This document shows positions 25,585 to 36,697 of a stretch of DNA of 64,000 bases, piece after piece. The notes beneath the pieces were generated by a model that worked only from the letters and a program-made list of their open reading frames with translations, had not been told where the DNA came from and ran no database searches. The stretch lies in contig NC_086118.1 in the NCBI RefSeq assembly GCF_963921235.1, forward strand, positions 18,726,001-18,790,000, written 5' to 3'. The translations under genes and the position numbers were made by a program. The stretch's first letter is position 1; every line of letters starts with the position of its first letter. Source of the DNA: Mobula hypostoma (lineage: Eukaryota).

Positions 25585-25720
25585 AAGGTTATTGCTGCAA
25601 ATTATCTGATCACTCCCTCATTGTTATTTGTGACAGTCTGTAATGGGCAAATGTCCGACAGTGACCACACTTCAGAAATATATTTAAAGTGATGGATGAG
25701 GCATAGTATGAACATAATAT
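25585..25720 (+). mobile_element. Deu-SINE (SacSINE1/AmnSINE1-like) 3' relic
   Basis: ATTATCTGATCA...CATTGTTATTTGTG...CAGTGACCACACTTCA resembles the recalled consensus. Confidence 0.5.
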
Positions 25721-26189
25721 ATTCATTCTAATGACACACAGCTGAAGAGATCATTCGGGAGTCTGCTAGCCTTCATGCATTCGTGTACATCCGGTGAATT
25801 ATGTGTACCGCACTCCACCCCTACCACTTTACACTCATACTTGAACAAAATACCATCACTTGCCATTGATGGTCTCAAGTGAATGTTGTTCACCTGATTA
25901 AGGAAACAGAAGGAGCATGGACAGGAAGCCAGCGTGTTCCAGAGAGATGAGAATGAGCCTACTAAAACTAAACTAAAATAATGAAAACAATTTAAATATT
26001 TCAGTAGTCAGGGTTACAAATCTGAATGTGCCAGTGCATCTTTAGCATTCAGAAATATGTGCTTTTCAAGTACATTTTTTAATGGAGCAGTAGCACGTTG
26101 TGAAGTTACAAAAGCCAGAGTCCTGGACCATCTGACCGACACATGTTAAAATTGCACCAAAGCAGAAATGAAATAAAATGTGTAATTTA

Positions 26190-26400
26190 GTAAAACCCGG
26201 TGTTTCTACCTTTAGCCGTGAAATTAGCAGGCTGTTGTAAACACCCATCTGATTCACTAACACTCTTTGAGGTAGGGGTTCAGGTAGAACCAGTATGAAA
26301 CTCTAGGTCTAACAATCTGGTTGGCCTTTGGCAGCCTCCTCATTTCGAAGTGGTGATGGATGCCAAGATTGCTAGTGACCTCCATGTCTTGTGAATGAAG
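26190..26400 (+). mobile_element. Old chondrichthyan tRNA-SINE relic
   Basis: AAACACCCATCTGATTCACTAACACTCTTT...GTGAATGAA. Confidence 0.55.
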
Positions 26401-26439
26401 GCAGAAGATTATGCGCAGAACTCTCTTAACACGCACACT

Positions 26440-26705
26440 AGAGCTGTTATCTCACAGTAAGCCTGTTTCAATTCTGACTCCTCTGGTGCTGTTGATGTGG
26501 CATGTCCACATTCTCCCTATGACTGCAAGAAATTCATCCATATCCCCGAAGACATGGCTGGTATGTTATAAGTAGTTCCTAGTATGGGTGATGGTAAAAT
26601 CAGGGGGAAATTGGTGAGATTAGTACAGGACTGGTGTAAATGGTTGCTTGGTAGTCAATGTTGGCTCAACAGAGTGCATAACTCTCCAAAGCTGTGTGAC
26701 TCTGT
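26440..26705 (+). mobile_element. Degenerate V-SINE-like relic
   Basis: CATTCTCCCTATGACTGCA...CATATCCCCGAAGACATG; CR1-like end TGTGACTCTGTAAC. Confidence 0.45.
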
Positions 26706-27862
26706 AACATCATGACTTCACAATCTCTCACAAATTAATCACCTTCAGTATTTCAGGATGCTTCAAGCAAAAGTAGAACCTTGATGGATCTGTTTCTATT
26801 GAAGCTTATCTCCTGAACCAGGACTTTGCCAACTTAATCATTTAACGTTAAGCAGGTCCTTCTAGAACCATGTGTTCAACCTCCAACAAATTGATTTCAG
26901 CACCAATGAACTTTGTAAATATGAATAGAAATCACAAAAATTCAGAAATTAACATGTATTGCAAGGTCGAGTGCAGAATGCCCCAGGCATCGATGAATAA
27001 TACAATTAAGGAATCTCAAACTGCACTTGGTGCCTTCATGAGTGGGGTAAGAATAAGCTGGATGTGACATCGGAAGGTTTGGGGTGCTGGCTACACAATG
27101 GTTAATCACCCGTTGACTGTCATGACACCCTTGCTACAATCTCCAGGCCTGGAACTGAGCCAGGTGAAAGACTAACGCACACCCACCCTCACCACTGTCA
27201 TCACAAATGTCTGAGTCATGCTGCCTTCACATTTCCCTTTGCAGTTATCTCTTGAGCAAGCCTCTGTTCATGATGGTGGGTATAAATTGGATGAAGGAGG
27301 GAGCACAGAAAGGACAGGTCTCTGCACCTCTATACCATGCCAAACATCACTTTTCTATTGGAGAACAGCTCATAATTAGCCTCCCTATGCCCACTAACAG
27401 CACACTTGGAAATGTTGAAGCAAATTTTTCCAAGCCGTAAGAATCTATGACTCTATCTTCTCAATTGGCATCATCCTACTCAATGCCATCACTGATCTGT
27501 TCAAGAGTGTCATCATTTTGCTAAATTAGGACTGTGTTAGTACTTGGAGGCCTCTCTCTGTTTCTGTAGAACTTCAAGTTGCTCCTATGTGGCAGAACTG
27601 AGACCTATCACTGTAGCCTGCAGAGAGGACAAAAGACATGACGGGGCATCCTCCCACCAGCTGAAATCAAAACCCATGGATCTGTTGCCAATTGTTTAGT
27701 AATAACCACCAGAATGGAGGTCGTGGCCTCCTGATTCCATGCCACACCCCTCGAGAACATTGAGGCGGACTCCATCCTCCTCACCATTTCCTGCAACAGG
27801 CCGGGCAGTTATGATGAGGTACCTGCCATCCCAGAGTGATCTCCATCAGCCTTATTATGGAG

Positions 27863-27941
27863 CAGGGTTTCCCAACCTTTTTATGCCAGGGACCAATGCC
27901 ATTAAACAAGGGCTCTGTGGACCCTATGTTGGGAACCCCTG
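27863..27941. mobile_element. 79-bp hAT (Charlie-like) MITE
   Basis: TIRs CAGGGTTTCCCAAC and GTTGGGAACCCCTG. 8-bp TSD TTATGGAG / TCATGGAG (7 of 8 match). Confidence 0.85.
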
Positions 27942-28274
27942 TCATGGAGAGTCCCAAAAGTGGATCTTATATTGGACATCTGTGGTAAGGTGGATGTGTG
28001 CATAAATACTGCCCAGTGTACTATCCTGTGGCATACTTCACTCTAATCTGTTCACCTCTCATGGTGCAGTGCCTGAGCTGGTGCTATGTGATACAATATG
28101 TTCATTATCATCATCCCTGTCCTTTTCTGTCCTGCTCCAGCTCCTCAGCTCTGGGAGGTGGCATTTAGGTGGCCTCTGCTGATAGGCTGCAAAGATTATA
28201 CAAAAGATAAGCATACTTATAGGCATCATCCAAAATATCTGTGATGCAGCTACATTATTGGTAATGAAGGCGAA

Positions 28275-28862
28275 AACTAAGTTCAAAGTAACTTTATTAT
28301 TGAAGTATGTATATGCCACCATACACTATTCTGAGTTTCATTTTCTTGTAGGTTTTCACAGGAAAACAGATAAAAACAATAGAATCAATGAAAAACTATG
28401 CACAGACAAAGATGAACAAACAACCAATGTTCAAAGGAGGACAAACTATACAACTACAAAAATTGAAAAAAAAATATTGAGAATATGAGTTGTCGAGTCC
28501 TTGAAAGTGAATCCATAGGTTGTGGAGTCAGTTCAGTGCTGGGGTGAGTGAACCTATTCATGCTGAAGATATTAACAGTTCCTAAACCTGGTGGTGAGGG
28601 ACCTCCTTCCCAATGTCAGCAGTGAAAAGAGAGCATGGCCTGGATGGTGGGGGTCTTTGGTAATGGATGTTGCTTTCTTATGGCAGTGCTCCTTGTAAGT
28701 GTGTTCAATGGAGGGGAGGGTTGTTTCCTGTGATGACTGTATCCACTACCTTTTGTAGGCTTCTCTGTTCCTGGGCTTTTGTGTTTCCGCACCAGGCTGT
28801 GATACAACCAGTCAGGATATTCTTGACTGTACATCTATACAGGTTTGTCAAAGTTTTAGATG
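28275..28862 (-). mobile_element. Rex1/Babar-like LINE 3' part
   Basis: AGTTCAAAGTAACTTTATTATTGAAG tail and the reverse 'KDPHHPGHALFS' remnant. Confidence 0.85.
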
Positions 28863-29532
28863 ACTATAAATCAAATAGTTTGTGTCAAATCATATAGTTT
28901 AGAAACTCTAAATCAAATCGGTGAGTTTGTAATCATTATAATGAGGTACAGAAAGTCAGCTTATCTGACAAGATTTCTTATATCTTCTGCTCTTGAGATT
29001 GTTAGGGACTTTTACTGAAAGGAACAGGGCCTAGTCCAGGTTGGTGAAGTGGTGAACTTGTGAGGCCCTCACTCTATATGGGTGGTTTCTCTCCTATCCT
29101 CATGCTGCGTTACCCTGAATGGTGGAAGTGACATCGATTGTCATGTCTTTGGAGGTTTGATGTTGGAGTGGAGGGGCTAAGATGGTGATGTAGCTGAATG
29201 GAGTAATGTTTAGTGTGAGAGTGTGTTTCCATAGAGTTCATGCCTGAATAAGTGTCTCAATGTGAGAAAGCAGTATCTCCAGTGGTCTTACATACCTTGT
29301 GAGATCATGACATTTCCTATGGCATTCTTCTACACCACACGGATTCCTTCCCCAGAAACTGATCACTCCAGCCACCTCCCACCAAGTCTCCACCACCCTC
29401 ATTCAGCTACCTCCACACTTGTGTTATTAAGCCTAGCTTGTTTTCTGGTTTATCATGGACATTCTCTTTTCCTTTCTGCCCTATCTGCTTATCTACTGCA
29501 TAAAGCATGCACCCACATGGCTTCACCCCTCG

Positions 29533-30196
29533 CAAACAAGAGAACATCTGCAGATGCTGGAAATTCAAGCAGCACATACAAAATGCTGGAGGAACTCAGC
29601 AGGTCAGGCAACATCTATGGAAATGAATAGATAGGCAACATTTCAGGCCGAGATCTTTCTTCAGGATTGAGAAGGAAGGGAGAAAATGCCAGAATAAAAA
29701 AGTGGAATTAGGGGAAGGTGGCTAGCTGGAAGGTGATAGGGGTGAAGCCAGGTGGGTGGGAAGGTCAAGAGCTAGAGAAGAAAGAATCTGATTGTAGAGG
29801 AGAGTGGACCATAGGAGAGAGGGAAGGAGGATGGGACCCAGGGGGAGGTGGTAGGCAGATGAGAAGAGGTAAAAGGTCAGAGTGGGGATCAGAAAAAGGG
29901 GGAGGAAATTTGTTGACCAGAAGTAGAAATCGATATTCATGCCATCAAGTTGAAGGCTACCCAGACGGAATATAAGGCATTTCTCTTCCACCCTGAGGGT
30001 GGCTTCATCTTGGCACAAGAAGAAGCCATGGGCTGGCATGTCTCAATGGGAATGGGAATGGGAATGGGAATGGGAATGGGAATTAACATGTTTGCCCGCA
30101 GGGAAGTCCCGCTTATTTGGATAGTGCAGAGGTGTTTGACAAAACAGTCTATTTGCGACAAGTCTTACCAATGCAAAGGAGGCTGTATCAGGAGCA
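29533..30196 (-). mobile_element. Penelope-like element 3' part (GIY-YIG C-terminus and pLTR)
   Basis: ORF 29722-30039 contains EATLRVEEKCLIFRLGSLQLDGMNIDF. Degenerate hammerhead at ~29633-29666. Terminal ATTTCCAGCATCTGCAGATGTTCTCTTGTT. Confidence 0.88.
30045..30080 (+). repeat. (AATGGG)6 microsatellite inside the PLE
   Basis: Six perfect units, read directly. Confidence 0.95.
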
Positions 30197-30848
30197 CATT
30201 TAACTAACTAAAATTAAGGATGCACTCACTACTATCAGAAAAGAGAAGAGAAGAAGTTGCAATATCCTCTATTCCTTAGCTGCTTTGATTTGTTCCAAGT
30301 TCTAGTATATAGTACAGTGCCATTTGTGAAAAAGGATATGAGGATTTATCATGGTGAGTGATTATTAATATTCACAGGCATACCTGTTCTTGAAAAGTGA
30401 TTAACCTAGGTAATATTTGCCTGCTTCACGTTAAAAAAAAATGTTGATACAAAACATTCACAGAGTCTTCGGCTGCCAATTACATACATTGTTTTTTTCC
30501 ATTTGCTGTGCAGCTTTAACCATTTTTCAGTCTGTAAACTATAACATGGAGCACTAAGTTCTCACAGTGATTCAAATGCACCACTTCCACATTCCCCAGG
30601 GCACAGTGTTACCGCAATGCTCAATGGAGCATTGCTTCTACAGCCCACGTACACAGTGAATTCAGTGTGAATCTCACTGTGAGTGGAACTGATCCATGGC
30701 TCTGATGGCATTGTCGGTCAGTTTGTCGAATCATTGGACAATTAAATTAAACGCGTGCTTAAATCTCATTTATTGCTGCATGTATTTTTGATTATAAGAG
30801 GTAGTGTGCTTCTGTTGAGTGTTTTAGAAGCGGGATACCCTAAAGCTT

Positions 30849-31056
30849 GGCCGTCTGGTGTTGTATTGGCATCCACATCGGACTTCAAGGTGAATGGTCC
30901 TAGGTTCAAATCCAGCTGGCTCCTTGAATGCTTTCCATCCTTGCTGGGTTGAGCATCGAGCTAGCCACTCGGCCTCATAAAAAACAGACAAATGCCAAGG
31001 AAATGGCAAGGTTGCTGCCCGATGTGGCATGAGGCACGGAAAAGAACAACAACTGC
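30849..31056 (+). mobile_element. tRNA-derived SINE with (AAC)n tail
   Basis: B-box GGTTCAAATCC and tail GAACAACAAC. Direct repeat AAAGCTTGG at 30842-30850 and 31057-31065. Confidence 0.8.
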
Positions 31057-32014
31057 AAAGCTTGGGGGTCTCTGGCGATCTTAACGAAGAAAGTTTTGGG
31101 TATGTACAGTATGTATTTATAACTTAAGCTACAATGAAATATGTACCATCATCATAGTTGCGATTTTGTTTCCTATATGTTTACAGCTAACCCTTCAACT
31201 CCAAGCTTCTAAACCACATCAGCCTGACCAAGAGCACCAATTTCTACAGATGATCAAGTCCAACAGCACTCAATTATTTGCAGGAAAATGGACAAAACTG
31301 TAGAAATTATTCAGCACTGGCAAAATATCACAATTTCAAATTAGGAAATAACAAATCTGAGCAATTTGGTCACAACAGGAAACATCGCCCTGTTGATTTA
31401 CCTTGAGAGAATTGCATATTCGTCAGCTGTGGCACTAAACCAGTATCCCTTTAAATAACATGCTCACTTCCCATTCTAACTTTTGCATTCATGAATGACA
31501 GATTAGATTATGCCTTTCATCAAAGTTAACCTAGTATATTTATTTTATATATCCATCTTATTCTTCACTCCTTCTTGGATAGAATGAACTATATTTAATC
31601 CCTGCCATTCTCATCTGTTCGTGGTGGATGGATAATCTTGTTTATCTCTGGGTTCAGCATCCAAACGAACATTCTGAAATGGCCTCTAGGAAATGTTCAC
31701 TGACATTTTGATACTTAATTTACAGCTGTGCTTTATTAGCCAGCTGATTCATCTGGATTTATTTGATGAAAATCTTCTAAGAACATATTCCCCAGCACTT
31801 TTTTTCTATCTTCCCCTGAAGGTACTGACTCATCGCTCTCCGATCTCCTATGCAAGGCAGTGCTTGCAGGTGATAGATTCACAGTAGGTATTAGAACGTA
31901 TACTGTACTCAATGGGAATGCTTGCTCTGTCAGCAATGAAAACATAACACTTTTATTTTAAGTGCTTCCTATCTTGGTTACACTGAAGTCAATTATAATT
32001 CCACCTTTAATGAC

Positions 32015-32310
32015 AAGAACACAGAAAATGGGAGCAGGAGTAGGGCTTCCTATGCACGAGCATTAAATAATGGTCCCAGTATATTGTGGCTATGCCTCCT
32101 TGTTTGAGATTCTCCTTCGAGAGTAAATAATTTGACATCTATCCTGTTATGCACCCTCATATTCTCTACTAAGAACACGCCTTCTTCTACTAAAGAATAC
32201 AAATCTAGTATCTTCAGCCATTCTTGGTAGGACAACACTCACATTTCTTGTATGTATCATGCTAGTGACTCTCTCCTGTATGAGTATATCCTCATTTAAA
32301 TCAACAAGGT
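32015..32310 (-). mobile_element. Old CR1 3' fragment
   Basis: ORF 32050-32238 contains LSYQEWLKILDLYSL...LFTLEGESQTRRH. Confidence 0.7.
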
Positions 32311-32782
32311 GTCATCGTCAAATAAGTTATTACAGAAATAGTGGTAAATAGTGGTAAACCAGAGACTTCGGAGTTCAAATCAATTTGTGGGTATTTATAC
32401 AATTAAATACTATAACATAACTGTTGTAACTATGAATGACTGCAGATAATGAAAACTAGTGATTTGGATCTTTGTCAATGTAAAGAAACAAGTAATCCTT
32501 TCTGGTCCAGCGTATGGATGTAATTCCAGTCCTTATCATTACAGGTTTGATTCCCAATTGTTCGGAGATGTTCCACAAGTAGAGAGAGGTAAGAAGTCTG
32601 GAATTGTTGGTATGTTTTGTATGCAAAGAATCAAATACTGGGGCCAGACTACATTGGTCTTGCAACCTTTTAGAAAAATTCCAAAATGATATGAAATAGT
32701 AGTCCAGCCAATTTGTAGGTCTTAGCAAATGCAGTCATTGTAGGAATCAAACCACTTTCTTTTAAAACAATATTCCTAATTA

Positions 32783-32878
32783 TTGTGTCCTGACGAAGGG
32801 TCTTGGCCTGAAACATTGACTATACCTCTTCCTACAGATGCTGCCTGCCCTGCTGCGTTCCACCAGCATTTTGTGTGG
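32783..32878 (+). mobile_element. 96-bp PLE-terminus mini-insertion with hammerhead motif
   Basis: Perfect 11-bp TSD ATTCCTAATTA at 32772-32782 and 32879-32889. Confidence 0.9.
32787..32820 (+). ncRNA. Minimal type-I hammerhead ribozyme motif, CpG-decayed
   Basis: GTC-CTGACGA-A-GGGTCTTGGCCT-GAAA-CA-TT-GAC: stem I GTC/GAC, core CUGANGA, stem II, GAAA. Confidence 0.7.
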
Positions 32879-33174
32879 ATTCCTAATTACTAACAGACTG
32901 TTCCTGAGTCTTGTACGCTTTACTCCTACTTCCTGTGAATCCAGTGTATCCACAGCTTTTTTGACATTCTTTCTATATTATTGAAAAACATTCAGGTGAT
33001 CGACCACACGCAGGAGCGGAAACGAGGAAACTGTGTGATAATGGATAAATGATGCGTAGCTTTGCTTTTCAAAACTTGTTGAGCTGTGGGAGGACTGATG
33101 GGACTGAAGAATTCAAGAAGAATGAGTGCTATACTTTAAACAACCCTCCGTGGTAACAAAGATGCAGGAAATCA

Positions 33175-33475
33175 CTGTTGCAAGCCTCCTGTCCACGGCT
33201 TCTACCCCACTGTTATAACATTATTGTATTGCATGGTATGATAAGAAAATCCATTGCCCTGATAATGTTCCTTGTCCTGACCTTGAACCTTATCATTTGC
33301 TTGCACTGCACTCTCTCTGCAACTATAGCACTATATTCTGCATTCTGTTATTGCCCTTCCCTTGTACTACCTCAATGTACTAATGTGATGAATTGATTTG
33401 TATGGATGGTATGCAAAACAAAGTCTTTCACCATACTTCGGTACGTGCAACCATAATAAACCAATTTACCAATTT
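33175..33475 (+). mobile_element. Rex1/Babar-like 3' tail region
   Basis: GTATGGATGGTATGCAAAACAAAGTCTTTCACC...AATAAACCAATTTACCAATTT. Confidence 0.65.
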
Positions 33476-33514
33476 CTTCTTTCTATTTGACCGTCAAGAA
33501 ATTAATGAAGACTT

Positions 33515-33772
33515 TAGAATCAGATTTAATATCACCAGCATATGTCGTGAAATAGGTTAACTTTATGGCAGCAGTACCATGAACTACATGATAAATAAAT
33601 AGAGAGAAAAAAAACTGAGTTACATTAAGAATATATAAGTCTATTAAATAGAAGTATGCAAAATAACTGAAGTAAAAAAGTAGTGAGGTAGTGCTCATGG
33701 GTTCAATGTCCATTTAGAAATCAGATGGCGGAGCAGAACGAGCTGTTCCTGAATCACGGAGTGTGTGCTTTG
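33515..33772 (-). mobile_element. Rex1/Babar-like 3' end
   Basis: AGAATCAGATTTAATATCACCAGCATATGTCGTGAAAT tail, same family as 18013-18320. Confidence 0.85.
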
Positions 33773-33869
33773 AGAAGAAAATGACTAATAGTTTTGATTC
33801 CATAGGATTGCACAGAAAATTCGTTCATTCTTATTGGCTGAAAAATCACAGTAATGCTTGTAAATCTAA

Positions 33870-34055
33870 TTCTTGCCAACTATCGTCTGCCAGCCCTTGT
33901 CTCACCCTTTCATCTCACCTCCTTATACTGGTCATTTCCCCAATAGTGTCCCAGTTCCAGAATCTCAACCCAAAATCACAACTATCTCTTTGCCTCAGCA
34001 GATGCTGCTTGTCTTGTTGACTTCGTCCACATGTTTGCTTTCTGCTCAGGACTCT
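33870..34055 (+). mobile_element. Old PLE terminus relic
   Basis: CAGATGCTGCTTGTCTTGTTGACTTCGTCCA...GGCATCTACAG. Confidence 0.5.
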
Positions 34056-36024
34056 GGCATCTACAGATCCTTACACCTCCATCTTATATCTGAACCATTT
34101 TCCCAAATTACATGTCAGGTTGAAATCTTCACATGATGATGGAGCTGATTTCAGGGGAAAAAAATCTGCTCCAGTGAATGCAAACAATCAGGTCAACACT
34201 ATATAAAGAATTCTTTTAAAATTATAATTCAAGGAAAGTGCAGATCAAAGCATTGGAAATAAACACATAATTCTAGCTTTTGTATTACAAACATTTATCA
34301 CCCATGCCTCTCTGGTAAAAAGAAATCATATAGTACACCCAACAGTTATCTACAACAAATCAGTCTGCACTTTCAATAAAATAAACCATGTCTGACCTCT
34401 TTACTTCCACTGCTGAAGTGTTTGAATGGATAATACTACTTTCTCTAAAAGCATGATGAACTGTTCACTGATTTACACATCATTAATCTGGCAATTCAGA
34501 CGTTCCAACAGCCCACACTGCAATCTACACTCCCACCACACTCCCACCCATTGGTTAAAATTGACAGCCTTAGTGTTTAGAAGTAGTACATTTCCATCAG
34601 ATTATATGACATTTCTAAGAACAAGTATTCATTCAGCCATTTATCTGGACTCTGCATGCGTGCATTCGCTTTATCTGAAGAAATTCATTGTACACTTGTG
34701 GATTATATCTCTGTCTCTACAAGACAGTGGAGATATGTTCAAATGAATTCTGCCTGGCAGCAGAGCTTCAATAACTTCTGTCTATTTCAGGTTGGCACCT
34801 TGCCCAACTTGAACCTTGAGGTAGCTGTTAACAAACTACCCATTTGCAACGTGGTCCATTAACATGTTGTTAATGACCACAATTAATGCCAATTAATATT
34901 GAAGGATTTATTATTCTCCTGTTGGCTAATATAACCAACTTGCATAAGATGTGTCAGAAACAAGCATGAATAATTAAAACAAAATACATATTTTATCATT
35001 GCTAATTCTTAAGATTCCTTGATGAATATATTGTTTATTGAATTATTCTTTGCATGAGAATTGACTCGATAGGTTATTGTAGAGTTTACTTAAGTACCCT
35101 CTTTATTTGACTGTTTTTCTTTGGAACACTGCAATTATATCTGTAGGATAATGGCTGATAATGGTTTTCAAGTGAGCTATGCTTTACAGTAACAAGAGCA
35201 AAGCACTAATATTTCACCTATAACTTGAATGCATGTGTTCATTGCATTCTCATTGACCTTTCGTTGATTAACATTTTCTGCAAGGTACAGGTTCTATTTG
35301 CCTTAGTCGCCATTTGTCCATCTTTCCTTACTCACCTTTCACCCTTCTTTTTTAGAAGATGCTGATTATTCTTGGAGCTTGACTCTGGTGTCTGAGATTA
35401 TTATCGTGCATTGCCACCACTTTAGTCATGACCTGGACATTTTAAATAATGCAATGAAGGAGAGACTGAGCTCAATCTCAACAAAGCATTTCCCATTAAT
35501 TGATTACTGCATAGCAAATGAAATGATAAAATCTAACTTTTGAAATACTCGGCAACACACAAAAAATGATGGAGGAGCTCAGCTGGTCAGGCAGCATCTA
35601 TTGAAGTGAATGAACAGACAATGTTTTGGGCAGAGACCCTTCTTCAGGGCTGGAAACAAAGGGTGATGACGCCAGAATAAAAAGGTGGGGGGAACAGAAG
35701 GAGATGAGCTGGAAGGTGAAGGTGAAGCCAGGTGGGTGGGAAAGGTCAAGAGCTGGAAAATCTGATAGGAGAAGAGAGTGGATTGTAGGAGAAAGAAAAG
35801 GAGGAAAAGACCCAGGAGGAGGTGATAGGGTGAAAAGAGGTAAGCGGCCACAGTGGGGAATAGAGGAAGCGGGAGGGGGAAGGAAATATTATTTTACTGA
35901 AGGAGAAATCAATATTCATGCCATCAGGTTGGAGGCTACACAGATGGAATATAAGATATTGCTCCTCCACCCTGGGGTGGGGGGGGAGGGCGCGGGGGTG
36001 CTAATCCTGGCACAAAAGGAGGCC

Positions 36025-36697
36025 ACACACATAAAAGTTGCTGGTGAACGCAACAGGCCAGGCAGCATCTCTAGGAAGAGGTACAGTCGAAGTTTCGGGC
36101 CGAGACCCTTCGTCAGGACAAACTGAAGGAAGAGCTAGTAAGAGATTTGAAAGTGGGGGGGAGGGGGAGATCCAAAATGATAGGAGAAGACAGGAGGGGG
36201 AGGGATGGAGCCAAGAGCTGGACAGTTGATTGGCAAAAGGGATATAAGAGGATCATGGGACAGGAGGCCTAGAGAGAAAGAAAGGGGGAGGGGGGAAGCC
36301 CAGAGGATGGGCAAGGGGTATAGTGAGAGGGACAGAGGGAGAAAAAGGAGAGGGAGAGAAAGAATGTGTGTATATAAATAAATAACGGATGGGGTACGAG
36401 GGGGAGGGGGGGCATTAGCGAAAGTTTGAGAAGTCAATGTTCATGCCATCAGGTTGGAGGCTACCCAGACAGAATATAAGGTGTTGTTCCTCCAACCTGA
36501 GTGTGGCTTCATCTTTACAGTAGAGGAGGCCATGGATAGATAGATCAGAATGAGAATGGGACGTGGGATTAAAATGTGTGGCCACTGGGAGATCCTGCTT
36601 TGTCTGGCACACAGAGCATAGGTGTTCAGCGAAACGATCTCCCAGACTGTGTCGGGTCTCGCAATTAAAATGTGTGGCCACTGGGAGATCCTGCTTT
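36025..36697 (-). mobile_element. Younger Penelope-like element nested in an older PLE
   Basis: GIY-YIG C-terminus ETRHSLGDRFAEHL...PVATHFN...RLEEQHLIFCLGSLQPDGMNIDF, with its own pLTR and hammerhead. Confidence 0.9.
36086..36119 (-). ncRNA. Minimal type-I hammerhead ribozyme motif, best-preserved copy
   Basis: Minus strand GTC-CTGACGA-A-GGGT-CTCG-GCCC-GAAA-CT-TC-GAC. One substitution from the inferred GAAACGTC consensus. Confidence 0.75.

Noticed and set aside
27050..28250. Possible ancient Harbinger-like or other coding relic around the MITE
   Set aside because: The region is slightly GC-richer, but I could not read a diagnostic protein motif in it.
30563..30681. RAG recombination signal sequences (CACAGTG heptamers)
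   Set aside because: No ACAAAAACC-like nonamer at 12 or 23 nt spacing, and no V/D/J segments nearby.
34791..34820. 30-nt microexon (ttctgtctatttcag|...GAG|gtagct)
   Set aside because: The acceptor is good but the donor is weak, and the peptide VGTLPNLNLE is not recognised. Unsupported without RNA-seq.
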